Part shown: in pieces, positions 12,801-26,153 of the stretch
How the letters are laid out: each line of letters begins with the position of its first letter
Position numbering within the stretch: position 1 is the first letter of the stretch
NCBI GenBank assembly: GCA_973851085.1
Contig: OZ316775.1
Coordinates: 3,720,001-3,784,000, forward strand
Length of the DNA stretch: 64,000 nt
Direction: 5' to 3'
Source of the DNA: Ptychomitrium polyphyllum
Lineage: Eukaryota
Position numbers and translations under genes: made by a program
Notes under the pieces: model-generated
Told to the model about the DNA's origin: nothing
The model's input: the letters and a program-made list of their open reading frames with translations, nothing else
The model's database searches: none

Positions 12801-14462
12801 TATTTGAGCAGTTTTGGATCTGATGAGAATGATGCTTCTACATCCACAATGCGCTTCTCACTTTGCTAATGAGGCTACTACAGGAAACGGTAATTTCTAT
12901 TCTTTTTCCTCTTAACACTTAGATTTCTTTAGACTTATTTCCATTTTCACTTGGATGTCATGAAGAACGTGAGGTAATTATTGAAAACGATCTACAACAG
13001 CTGCTGTAAGTTAGACCATCGCCATCTTTTGACTTATACTTGGGGGATACAAATTGAGTCCCACATTTAATTTGGACATTAATAGTCAAGCTAACTACGT
13101 TTAGTGTCGACAGATGTTTTGTTGGAAGCTTTACGACGGGCCACTGGCGAGCCTGTGTTGATACCAAACCTACTCACAAGCGCCCGAGTGGCCGTCAATG
13201 CTTTCAAGAACTCCGCCTTGAAGAATTGGGCTGACAAGAACCGAAGTGAGGTCTGTGACATCCAAACTTTTTTGTCGTACTGTCCTTTTAAACTATAAAG
13301 TAAATCTTCACTTTTGGTATAGATGTTCAGAGTGAGCTTTCATCCTGAACATGTGAGGATATTTATTATTGCCGGTTTCTACTGCCTCTCAAGCATGTGC
13401 TTTATTGCTTGATAGAAGTAACACCTGTAGGACCTAACGCCATATTTATTTAAATGTGCTGCAATCACACAGATTTTGGATCTCTTTTCTGGATGTTGTA
13501 CTTCAATGAACAAGAACGTCAGGCTGGCTTTTGTTACCTTGGTTCTCAAGTAAGCTTTCAAATATGCTCTACAGTATCATCCTATTTTTGAGTAAACCCC
13601 TTCCTCAACAGACATGCACCTGATAATATTGCACGCTGCAGTGTGTTCCTGCAATGGAAGGACTCAATTCATTGACATGGTTTTACATTTGGTCTCCATT
13701 ATGCATTCTCGTGTGAACATCCTATTTGGAATGTGTTCTGCAGCTACTCAGTGTTATTGTTGGAGAACAAGGATGAGGAAGGGCAGATTCAGGTTCTATC
13801 TGCGGCTATCGAGGTTGTTATTGCATCCTGAAAAGTAACTCTAGATGTCTCTTACACTGTCTTTGTTTTTCTCTTTGCTCTCTTTAACCTCTGTTTGTAC
13901 TCTTTCTGATTTTGACATCAGATCTTTGAACTTAAGATTGTTGTTATCAACCCCACATGTCACCCCATTTACACTTGGCAAATTTTGCCCCATGTGTGAT
14001 GTACATGTTTTTCACAGCAATCTTGATGATTAGTAAGGCACTACTCTGCTGTATGTTGATGTCTTTTTCCATCATTGTACATATTCAGATGGCAGATGCT
14101 CAGGAAGTAGATGTTGAAGTGCGATTTCGGGCCCTTGTTGCTCTTGGAACTCTGGTATTTTCGTCACCGTCCTTGTTTAATAGATTGTTTATCATGAGTA
14201 TACCAATCTATTCTATATCCTAACCGATTTCTTCTTTTAATTCTCAGATGTAATCTGTGCTTAAAACATGTTGCATGAAAAATTGGAATAGAAACTCATG
14301 TAAATATTCGTCTTGTTAATCTGGTTGAGGCAGATTCATGGCGGTAGTGTAAAGAACATAGCTGTGGATCTTGATGCGAGGAGTTTGGCTACATCCGCAT
14401 GTAAGTCATCCGTGGCTAAGGTTGCTGAGGTTGGCAAAGACATCGACAACTTGCTCAAGTAG
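6880..14462 (+). CDS. PLAA: Phospholipase A2-activating protein / DOA1-UFD3 homologue (WD40-PFU-PUL; Cdc48/p97 ubiquitin cofactor); 21 exons: 6880-6939, 7665-7996, 8297-8469, 8943-9003, 9208-9347, 9572-9761, 10117-10178, 10508-10596, 10778-10850, 10965-11024, 11197-11349, 11493-11541, 11880-11944, 12140-12226, 12431-12596, 12812-12889, 13114-13250, 13473-13549, 13744-13813, 14089-14154, 14334-14462
   Basis: GCCACCATGG start; all introns GT-AG and in phase. WD40 repeats (GHEEDVRGL, GSRDKSVRVW, GHDGPVQAV, SASHDGSVRLW, HPGCVWDV), PFU region (YDYVFDVDIGDG...KLPFN..DNPYDIADKWL, FVDPYTG) and PUL region (WPVENIFPVLDLMR, RFRALVALGTL). TAG at 14460-14462. Confidence 0.95.
7139..7155. promoter_or_regulatory. 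Telo-box-like interstitial telomere motif in PLAA intron 1
   Basis: TTAGGGTTAGGGTTTAG contains the reverse complement of AAACCCTA. Function is inferred from position only. Confidence 0.45.
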
Positions 14463-16023
14463 CATGTACATCTTTTGTCACACTGAGACTCATTCTTTCC
14501 ATCTTTGTGTTGTCATTTTTTCCTCAAAACCTTAAATCTTTTCAGTTTGGCCGCACAAAGATGGGCATCATCTTTACAACTCTATTGGAACCCGAAGGAC
14601 ATGCAAGTTATACTTACTCTAGAACTAAACTTTTTGTTCATTTGTTAGATGCTTTTAGACATAGGTGTTGGAGATAGGTCCTCATCCCTGTGATTTTAAT
14701 TTCTTTGGGAGTAGAACCAGGCAGATCAGCCATTTTTGGTGTATTGGCATGTGGTGGGTTATTTTCAGACCTATCTTGCAGTGTTTCTAGTTTGGATAAG
14801 AAGACATGCGCCAGGAGGTAAACCTGAAATTGTCTTTTGACCTACCACCAATAGCTTGCACAGCCTTACTTTGGTGTTTGTTTCTGCCATTTGATTTGGG
14901 TACAAGCTTCTTCGCTGCCAAACCACCGTCAAGAGTAATCATGTTTTTGACTCCCCTATTTCTTCTATGATAGCAATCGTCTTAACCCCAGCAACCTTTC
15001 AATTGCACATTTGTCTATAAGCACAATCAGTGCATGGATACCACACTCAAGGGCGGACAGTGCTCTGAGAAGGTTTAAGGCCGACCATAAGATGAGCTTT
15101 GGGAATTTGTTTACATAATGTGTTGGATCGATATTTCTAGCATTACTCTGACAGAGTAGAACATTGAACAAATGAATGTTGTTACCATGGATTCATAGCT
15201 TGAGAATCTGGGAGATCTGTTGATTGTTACTCTTTGTTTGTGAATAACGCTGATGTCCAAGAAATTCTTTTTTGGTTTGGGATGGAACAAAATAGGGTGC
15301 AATATCAAGAGTATGCATCATGTGTATTCAGATAGTGAGAAAACAGTAACCTGAATGCAAAGTCTATCACTGACAGACTGACTCCACTCTGCCTTGTGAC
15401 CTTTCTCTCATACCAGAGATGGCTCCATATTGTAATGTTCCCTTGTGAGGACATCAGACAAAGATTGGACTGGATCGACATCTACAAACTCAGATATGAG
15501 TGGAGAAAATAGGCCACCCAACCAGGAGAGATACTTTCCTGGAGGTGGCAGGACACTTTTATTGCACTTCATACTACCCATCAAAAGAATGAATATTTCT
15601 CTTTGAAGGGTCTGTTACATTATACTGCAGTTTGAGTATTAAATATCAACAGCCCCACACTATTCGTACGCTTGTATAGTAGATTGTCCACTCGTCAAGG
15701 AAGAACTACATCTAGTAATATATACTAGGCTTGGTTTGCAGCTGCTGTGCACTATTGGGCGTTGTACCGCCTCTGTATAAATGCAACAAAAGCTGCTCTT
15801 CTGTAGAATTTTGCGATTCTCATAGAATTTGACCAATGACGATGGGATGTACTATGGTCAAAAGCTATGGGAGCTTCACATTGGAATTGAATATTTCCAT
15901 AGGGGACTATTCCCCAGAATAATTTTTGTAGTAAAAGGGAACCTCTTCTTCAGACCACACCCTGGGGCTGAATTCATGACCCTGGAATTGATGCAGAATT
16001 CCAACTTGAAGGTGCTCTATCCA

Positions 16024-18334
16024 TCAACTCCAGCCGTCTGTTTGGGTCACTTTGAAATTTTGAGTCACCCCCATGGCAGGGTCATGCACTTGGGAGATTT
16101 GGCGGGAGTTATAAATCTGGCTCCCCAGTTGCTCCATACCTTCAAATGCTGATGTGTACGTGGTGGATGGAAGAGGCAGTGAGGGCAAATTTGCAAAATT
16201 AACACTGGGATAGTGCATGTTGGATGACCAAAAGGAACTTCCTTCTGTGGAGAAGTGCAAACCTGCAAAGTCGTAGGAAGTAGTCTTGGATGTAGAAGTG
16301 GCATCCACCTGTGGAACACCTTTGAAGTCCAAGGCAGGCTGTGTATAGATTGAGTAGTACTTCATCTGCTTTGATGATGGATACTTTGTACTACTTGTTT
16401 CTTCACTTTGACCATGACGCCTCTTCCTACTGCCTCTTGGAATGGGAGGCCATCTGGAGCTCCCTCTGCAATGGCTTGAATCTTCATCTGAGGTTGTCGA
16501 CTGGTTATTGTGAGAATTGTAAGAGTCGGAAGTCGGCTGCAGCTGCTGGGTCTGGTTATCCTGGCACGCTGGATGTGCCTTCTTGTGTGCCACCAAGTTG
16601 CACTTGAATGCAAACTTCAGACCACACTTGCACTCAATTGGCTCCCCGCACAGTTTCTCATGGTCACGCACATCAACCTGAATCACTCATTACCACTTAG
16701 TATATGACCCATACCAGCTTCCACAACTTAAAATGATCGTCATTTCTTGAATATCTAAAGCCATATTAAATATACAGATATCTAACTAGCCAGAAACATC
16801 AACAGGCCAAGGCTGAAGATGGGAAAGCGTAAAGCATACATTAGATCCCAACAACTTTATTTTCAACCCATGGAAAGCAGGAAAAAGAGAACTCAAATTC
16901 CAAAACTTGCAGCAGACCATTAATCTCACAGAAAGTATAAGAACGTGGAAATGAATGTCCTCTGCAGCAAGTTCACAAGCATGGATAATTTGGAATTAGT
17001 AACTTATGAGCAAGTACGATACCTCAATATAGAATTTCTTTTCACACTTGCGGCAGCCAAAGGGCTTCTCACCCTCGGAGTGCTTACGACCATAGTGGCG
17101 GCGAAGCTCGTACAAACCCACGAAGGTTTTGCGACACTTGGGGCAGCGAGAAGGGATTTTCTTGTTTTGGCCGGCTTTGAGGGAGGGCGTCAAGGTGGGC
17201 AGAGTAGCGACGCCGTCCTTGTCGATGGCGCTGCCATCGGTGTAGTGCGTCTTGTGGTGCATCTTCATGGTCTGGGGGTTCTTGAACGTCTTGTTGCACC
17301 CTGCCTGGCCGCAGCGGAACGGCCTCCGGTTCTGGATCAGGTCCACCGACACCTCGGCCGCCTCGACGTTGTCTTCAGTTGAGTCCTCTACCTTCTCCAA
17401 CCTCTGCGGCATTCCAAACGAATCATAACACAACATTCAAACCTTGAATTAATCAAAAGCATCATAATCCACAAGACAAAATCAACTTCTAAACTAACAG
17501 TCTACTAGATCCAGATGACAAGCAGATGTTACTTGTTGAACCCCAGTTCACATGAATACTTTTAAATGTGAAAACGCCACACGTGATTGTTTTCATGTAA
17601 GTTGTCACAAATGAAAGCTGCATGCTTTTGGATATACTCCTACAAAACCGGAATCTTATGAAAACTTATTTTTCTTCACACAAAAACAAATACTTTGAGT
17701 TAAGGACGTTAAGGAGTGATGACATCTATACAAGAATGACAGCATATCCCAAGTGAGAGGCGGAGGAAAGAGGGTAAATATGTACCTTCATATTCAAAGG
17801 TGGGGGCTCGTGTTTAACATGTACACTTTCATACACTGAATCCTCTGCCAAAGCGACCTCCTGGATCGTAAGTGAGCCATCACTAGTTGGAGGTGACAGT
17901 TGAGAAGAATCGGAACGCTGCAGAATTTCCTCCAAGCTGCCTCCAAGATGATTCTCGTCAAAATCATATTCATCTCCAGGAGACGATGGCTCCGGCGTCA
18001 CCATGTTCTTGAGAATGTGAACCAGAGTGGGTTGCATGACTGATTGGTTGCACTCATGAAGCTCCCAACTGTCACCGCCCAAGAGCATGTCCTCTTCGGT
18101 AGGGTAAGCAGGAGAATCCTCCAAATCAAAGAAAGTTGCAGCCGGTGTGAACGAAGACTCGTCACTGCAAGAGGAGCTGTAAGGGTCGGACCAGGTGCTG
18201 AAAGTGGTGCAGCTTGAGTTCTCGCCGAAGTTGGTGATGCTGAAGCCAATGCTCCCGCTATCGTTCAGGAAAAGGCTGGGCTGCAACTTGGTATTGTCGA
18301 AGGACGAAGCAGGAGGAACAGCAGCAGCAGCCAT
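16024..18334 (-). CDS. C2H2 zinc-finger transcription factor related to WIP/STOP1/IDD; exons 18334-17786, 17403-17023, 16677-16024
   Basis: In-phase GT-AG joins give four fingers: CGQAGC..HHKTH, CPKC..HYGRKH, CRKC..HEKLC and CKC..HKKAH. N-terminus is acidic and Ser-rich. A probable 5'UTR intron lies at 19146-18441 (GAG|GTGAGT donor, TGTAG acceptor). Confidence 0.88.
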
Positions 18335-21300
18335 GGTGATGAAACCAGAATGAGTAGCCAGTGTAAGCTCAAACACTCTCCAAAGTCGTTCTTTAGTTAG
18401 GATGTTCAAAATGTTCTAAAGGTGTGAGACAATTGGGTACCTACAACATCCGTGCTGCATCGGATGTGTGTTTGTTTCTCGTCAGATTAGTGTCTCTCTT
18501 TTTCAGCCATTTGTAATTGAATTGGCTACTTTTAGAGAGTAAACCAGACAAAGGATCCAGACACAACTTGGTGGTTTAATATTCAGATGAGCTTGCAGAG
18601 TCCACAAATACAACTTGGTGCAGGAGGCTCATAGTTTCTACTAATTCAATTAACACAGACACGTAAGTACTGTGAAAATTGAATGTATACTTCTCTAGCA
18701 ATAGAGAATCTGAAGGGACGACAAAGAATGCGAACCGGGCTCTAGACGTGAAGTCGCTTCGAAAAACAGTCTAGTGCAATTCCAAAACATAATCTAGTGC
18801 TACTCAGATACGTCACTCTCCTCATCATAAACTGTCAGTCGCATTGAATTTCCGACGTACCGTAGTGCCTTGCCTCACTAACCTTGCCAATACCACTAAA
18901 TACTAAACCCAAGCACGACAACTTAGAACCAGAGCCAAACTTGGGCATCAGCATTTACCAAGTATGGATTTAGATGCAGGAAACCTTGCAAACCACAGAA
19001 CCTTTGCAACAGTACTGTCTTTGCTACAGGCTTGATCTACAGTAAATCATCTCCCTCTCACCTCACATCACCTCACCTCCAGAACCCAACCGATCGATGC
19101 AAAATCTAGAGTTCTAACAAACTACTACTACTCAACCAAGACTCACCTCCTAGTTACAGCTCTAGTAACCACTTTGGATCTTTCTCGGCTTCCTTTTCCC
19201 AGTTTTCTGAAACTCCTAAAACCAGCAACTTGCTTCAACGTAGAAACCAACAGCTTCTCAAACTAGTCTCTAAGTCACTCACTTCCGCCTCTCTTCAACT
19301 GGAAGAGCAATGTGCATAGAAGCTGAGCAAAACCTAGACAGTCATGCGCACTAACCAGCCCTGCTACACATTGCCAATTGAGTCAGGATGAGGGTACTAC
19401 TTCTGACAGGTCCGTATGGAAACGAGTCGCGCTGTACATGTGGTATGCGCATGAGCAGACGGTGGAAGAGCAGGCACCAAGAGACGGAACAGATCTAAGG
19501 GCTAATATTGGGCACCTACAGCAGAGAGACGCAGCGATGATTTGCTGACATGACCGTGCGGGTGGCCCAGCGGCAGTGGCAGGAAGCTATAGACGAGGTG
19601 CCCAGTAATGAAGCCCTGGCCTCTCCTGTTATAGTCCTATGACTTGTACAGTACTTTGAGGCGAAGAGATTACACACAGAATACGATGCACGTATTCTGG
19701 ACGTAATGCGGGCACCAGTGTTGATGGGATGATGAGATCCTGGAGTGCTCTAAATGCGGCAGCCCTAGTTTGCAGGGTAAAAGAAAACCGAAAATTGACT
19801 ACGCTATAATGATTCTTCGGTGCAATACTCCCAGTTCCAGGGAAAGTTACATTTAGGATTTTTCAATGAATCATAACATTCTTTAGTCCCTTCTCTAGAC
19901 TACTGGAGGGTGGTGGCATCTATCACATGAGTTTCTTTACAGGCAAAGTAGCAAACCTTAACAAAAGTTTATGAGCCTCAATGACATCCAGCATGGGTAG
20001 CCCTTCAAAATGTGTAGAGTCAATCAAACTTCATAGTGAATCCTACTGCACTAAATGCTATGAAATTTATTATCTTTTTTCATTATTATAATTCCATTTG
20101 CCATCAACTGTTGTTCTATCATGCAGCCTGCTTTTCCACCGCCTTATACAAGTAAAAAATGTTATGATCTTCTTCTCAATTGCTCCGGAAAAAGAAATTT
20201 GTATAAAAAAAATTAAAAATTTCTGTGCGGTGTGCAGTATTCAAACTGGCAGATACTAGATGCTTGTTGTGTTGCAGAGGATCCGCCTGATCTTAACCCT
20301 CAGCTTCGCTCAGATCAGGTCTATTTTTGTATGAATCTATGTTGAGGGACGTCGAACGAGGATTCGAAGGCGGTGACCAGGGGCTACAGAGTTACTGTTT
20401 CTAGTCTTGTCGCGTTCAGGTTTGTGTGAAACTGCAAGGCTATCGTAAATTCTACTTGTATACGAACTGGGTTTTGATGTCTACTGCAAGGTGTGAGTTA
20501 CCATGCGATTACTGCTAAACGACAAAGCAGAGAAGACAAAAACACCAACGGAAAGGACAAATGATAAAATTACCCAATTGCATATATTTAACCAAAATCA
20601 TCTTCCTTCAAATATTTGCAAATCACCCTCCGATGATTTGCTAATCACAGCGCTATTCCTATAACTTGCAAATTCGCTCCAACCTTGAAGGAGTATTGTG
20701 CATTCTATCCGGTGGATGAATCATCGGCTGGTACTGTTGTCTCCTGGGCTTGCTCAAGCTGCAACTTTACAAACAGATATTGACGATTATTACTATAGAT
20801 TTAAACACCGAAATAATGACTTGTAGGGATTCAACATCATGCCTAATACATATAGTATTGTTATGGAAGTTGTATGAGAATGATAAAACCTGGATTATAC
20901 TTCAGATATTTTCTGATTTGAGAAGTGCTACTGAAGTTACACCTGTAAGGTTATTATGGTAGTACCTGGAGTCCTTTAGATAAATTTTTCCATGGTTCAC
21001 GAAAAATGTAAACTAGGGGGCAACAAGGTAGTGAGGGAGATATGGCATAAAATACATATTTTCCCAATGCAATTACTGGTACCTGAGCTCTGGAATCCAT
21101 GACATAGTTATAGCTGATGCGGGAGAATGCCCAAGTAAATTCAACTGGCCATATATGACATGCCTTGCAGTGCTTGGCATGTTTTGAGGAATTTATGCAA
21201 AGAGTATTTGCAACAGGCACATGACATACAGATGTAAAGTTGGGCCCTAATTCCGAAGCAGATAAACGAATTTCATTGACATTCTTCACATTTTTTCGCA

Positions 21301-24300
21301 TCAAAAACTCTCATACAATTTGTATGGTAGAAGTCGTAGTGCTGACAGAGCATGATGATTTACAGGAGTGAATGTCAAAGTTTGATGCTTTGAATTTGTA
21401 GCATTTCTTTGGAATCTGACACTGAATACATTCCTCTAATGGCCGCCAAAAATTAGTCCATGGAGGGAGGAAATGAAAGTACCTTATGGAAGAACAAAAG
21501 CCTTCTGGGACATTTACTACTCCAGTCTCCTGCCACAGTGCATGACATTACTTTGGTGATCTGTGATATGAATTTATGATATCTCTAGGCACTACTATGT
21601 AATTTGTGGAGAATGTTGAACTACAATCGATGATGTGGAAGAGAATGCCTGAAGTGAAGAGCAGCACCGGTTTCATTCTGGTTTATATCATATCAGACAA
21701 ATAACTTGAGAAAAAATTATTCAATTACTGTGTTCTCATATGTTTGTCATTTACCAGATTCATTATTTTAACTTTTTGCATCATGAACTCACCAGATTTA
21801 ATCATGCTCTCACCCTATGCAGCCTCAGACACAGCTCACCAGTTTGTTTTTGTGGATTTGGGATTCTGTGCCACGTATGTAATAATGATCAACTAGTAAC
21901 GAAGTCAAGCTAAACAGATGAATCCTTGAGGATGCACTCTGGTGGTGCTGGCAAACTGGAATTTCATAAACTTTTAAGTGCCAGATCCAGTGCTATTGTA
22001 GGACTGATTGAATAGTACTAGGCAGAAACGTCGGCTCTGAATAATCAACATAGAATATAACAACAAATATAACTTGAAATAGATTCAAAAAGAAAACCTG
22101 AAGGGAAAATATGGAAACAGAGGAAACACGAAGGAATATAGGAAAATAGGGAAGATATGAAAATTAAGGTAAATCGAGAAAATTAAGGAAATAAGGTAAG
22201 AAGGTATAAATAAGAGGGTAAGTCTATCAGTGAGTCATCACTCCTGGTATAGGGAAAACAGAAGAAATCATACTGGTGTCAGACCCGTCTTGAGTTGAAG
22301 AAATGGAACGGAGACAAACCAGGTGCCGGACTAGAAGGCATCTCAAAGCATCTGCGTTTGCACGTTGGCCATGATGAGGAGTCAAGGCCATGCGCTGGGC
22401 CCACTATCCGCTTGCTTTCGAGTATGTGCGTTTCCATAGTGTTCATGAACATTTATCAAAAACTGTACCACCTTTATAAACGGACGGTGGAATGAATTTA
22501 TATTCTGCGTTTGTTTCCAAAAAAAATTTGGTTAATATTTAGTACGAGTGCTTGTATCCGGTTGTGAAGCTCCACACTGTAGTCTGTCACCACAGCGTGG
22601 GAGCTCCCCTGTCGGCACCTCCGGCTCCATTTTGTCCTTGGATGTTGCACCCCAGGTCCCAAGCCCAGGATTTCATCTCAAACTCCCCCTGTCAGTTCAA
22701 GTGACTGGGAAGTTCCCTGGAAGAGAGTCACCCTGGACTGAACATTAGCATGAATGAAGAGTACAGTCGACCCTCCTTACCCTCCTTAAATGTTACTTTT
22801 TAAAACGTTATAATATCCCTACTTTTATCTTTTTGGCTCTCTTGAAAAAAACATACTTGTGTATGGTATGTGTTAAATATTAAACAACTTAAGCAAGTCT
22901 ACGCTCTTTCTTTTATAAATTCACTCTTGATAAATGTTATTTTTGTTATTTTTACTTATATAGGATATTTCTATGAATATTTATCATGTACAAATAATCA
23001 TTTGTATGTGCAATTATATGAAAATGAGTAAATTTAGGATTAAGGTTCAGGATTTCTTCTGTAGCCTCCTTTTGCAAGTATAAATCACACTAAGAAACTA
23101 TCAATATGAAAGAGATGAAGTGACAAAGTTGGTGCAACCACCTCTACCTTTACATCTATTGTTCACATCTATCTTGAACAACATCCCATGACAATTGATC
23201 ATCTTATTTCCAAGCTAAAATCTATTACAAATGCTTTTGCAAAACTTTAAATTTATTACTTTCACCGAGTAATATTGATATGTATTTTCCAATAATATAG
23301 TCACTAATGTAAAAGTTTTTTTTATTGTTATGTTACTTCATATGTATCTCTTATTATTGATAAATATTATTTTTTGCAACTTTTACTCTTGATTAATGTT
23401 ATCTACATAAATGTAGACTTTAAATACTAACCTTCTTTATTTGTTATATATTGGACATCTTTCAATGTTATTTTTATCCGCTACAAAGTCCTAACATTTA
23501 AAGAAGGTTGATTGCAGTAATGTTCAAGGAAATCAAATGATGTGGTGTATCATTAAAGTAACTTCTAAGGATTATGAAAATGCGCAATCTTGAAACTTTA
23601 TCTTGTTTCTTTCTTCCTACATCTTTCTTTTTAAATCTTATCATATGCTAGTTAATGACAACATTCTTTCTGAACCAGCTATATAGTTAAATTGCAACAA
23701 TATGGCAAAATTGGATTGATACATCAATCCAATTTTGCAAGACATCATTGTCTAATCAAGCTTGTTAGTTTAAACCTAAGCTCCATAATAAGACCATGGC
23801 ACATAATAATATGCCATTTGAAATACTTATTCTATCAATATATATAAACAATGCATGCATGTTTCATTTGATTATAATAAAATTTCAATTCTTATTTTTT
23901 TAAATCATCCATGTGTAGCCAAGAATCACTTAAGAACTTGTAAGAATTTGTAGAAATTTATAAGAATATATAGAAATTTGTGAAGAATTCTTTGAAAGTT
24001 CTATTAGATAATATGGTACCTTGATGATATATTATTATTTGTGTTTTTCAAATGTGTATTGTTACAAAAGAATAATGATAGTATATTCTTTTATTCTTTT
24101 TAATTAAAAAATACAATATAAATAAGGATTTGTTCCCATTCAAAAACTTGAGCTTTAATTCAAAAACATAAGCAGTCCTTTATTAAAAAGATGGAATTCT
24201 TTAAACAAAATACATTTATTCAATAAATGAGATAATGATGCTTATTTTTGAATAAAATTCAAATAGGAAGGCCATGATGCACAGTGAAAAAATTATGTAA

Positions 24301-25844
24301 TGATATAAATAAGAATGCTACAGTTCCAAAAAAAAATCTTTAACAATGATATATTTTTTATACTAAATATTAATTTTACCTTTAAAATTAAGACTTTTTG
24401 GAAGTAAAGTGGTTTTTAATTTGTTCCAAAATTGAACATTATGGGGTTCTTATTTCAAGTATTTTTTGAAGTTTTTTACAACATCAATGTTCAAAATAGA
24501 TTTTTATAACGGTCATCTACAAATAAGAGCTAACTTATATAGAATTGGAATTTGGTTTAAATAAAATAGTTATATATCTTGAAAGTAGACTTCTAATATA
24601 CTTTCTTTAACAAAAGTTTTAATTGGAAGAAAAAACTAAATAGGTTTTTTTTAATAAAGACATGCATAATTTTAGCAAATTCTTCAAAAATGATGTATCT
24701 TTAGATTTTCAGCCCAAAAAAAAATCATTGGAAATGATAGTTTCTAAATTCTTGAATGCCTACAGTTTTTAATGTATTGCTTAGAAGTTGACACAAAAAA
24801 ATTAATTATATAACCAACATAACTTGCCATTAAGTATATAAGTTTTTTTTATTTTAGCATAAAATATTCAAAGAAAATTATGTTTAAAAAACAAAATATT
24901 TCAAATTCTTCATAATTCTTCATTTTTCCATAAAAGACATAATTGTATGTATTATCCAATATACTTGCATAAAACTTAATTTCTAAAAGACAATTGATAA
25001 TTGTCCAATTCATTTATATTATAGGTTTATTTAGAAAAAATAAAAAATTGGAATCATAAAGCATGTAACTTATACATCTTAAGAATGTCAAATTAATTTT
25101 TAGTTCTTTTTTATTTCTTAAAAAAATTTAAACCATAAAAATATGGCTATTCAAATTCTTAAACCTATATAAATATGTAGGTATAAACTAAAAAAAAAAA
25201 TTAAAAAATTATATATTATTTATCATTTAAAAAGACATTAATGAAAAATAAGTTAAATTTTACAAAAGAAAATGAATCATTTGAAAAAACATTATTAAAA
25301 AAAATAAATTAATATTGTTTGTTTATTTTAGAAAGACAATTTATATGAGGTTAGTACATGATAAACAGAGAAATGATCAAACAAATGGACATTTTTTTTT
25401 TAATTATAATTTTATATTAGATGGAATTTATGAAAACAGATTTTTTAATTAATTTTTTTTTGGGTATATTAATCCTATACTAAATAAGATATCAAATTAT
25501 CACAAACTAATTATCATAGATAGTTTTGTGCACAGTTTGGATTAGAAAGTTTGTCTCAAGTAATTATAGACATTTAAAAGTTTTCTTTCAAAACAATGGA
25601 TTTATCTATATAAACAACAAATAACATTGTAAAATTTTACGCCTATAATAAATGGAAAAACGAACATGTATATGATTTAAATATCATGAAAATTAATATG
25701 GTGAAAATATAATGTCATTGAAATTGAATATTGAAAGAAAAGATAATTAAGAAAAAAAATCATATTACAAATCAACTACTAGATGTGAAGATTAATTTTA
25801 TTAAGGACAAAATAACTACAAGATACGGCTTCAAAATTTCAGGA

Positions 25845-26153
25845 TGTGGAACAAAATATGTCCAAGGTATATTAGAAATAATGAACTATAACAATGTACA
25901 AAGACAAGGCTAGAAGGTATGAGCTAGACCACAAGAGATGCGTTGTCAAAACTGAAGATTACTTTAGTCTCAACTCCTACATACCAGAATTACAAGCCTT
26001 GGAAGCTCTTGAAAAGCTTCTACTATATTGCTATATACTTAAGCAACCTTGAATTGTTTCCTTGGAAGCTTCCTAAGTCAAGGTAACTTCCTTGGAAGCT
26101 TCTTAAATCTTCTAAGAATTTTTTAGATGCTTCTAATATATATGTCTGTGACA
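25845..26153 (-). repeat. Putative 3' LTR of the chromovirus, preceded by a polypurine tract
   Basis: Minus strand reads AAAAAGGGAGGTGA then TGTCACAGAC at 26153, with internal AGAAGCTTC-type arrays. The candidate ...TCCACA end at 25845 is uncertain. Confidence 0.6.

Noticed and set aside
22060..22225. Purine-rich array of roughly 9-bp period
   Set aside because: Too degenerate to define a unit, termini or family.
22762..22790. TA-CAGTCGACCCTC resembling a pogo/Tc1 TIR at the edge of the AT-rich block
   Set aside because: No matching inverted end found in the window.
23920..24005. TAAGAATTT-like degenerate array
   Set aside because: Probably an LTR scrap, but no termini or TSD.
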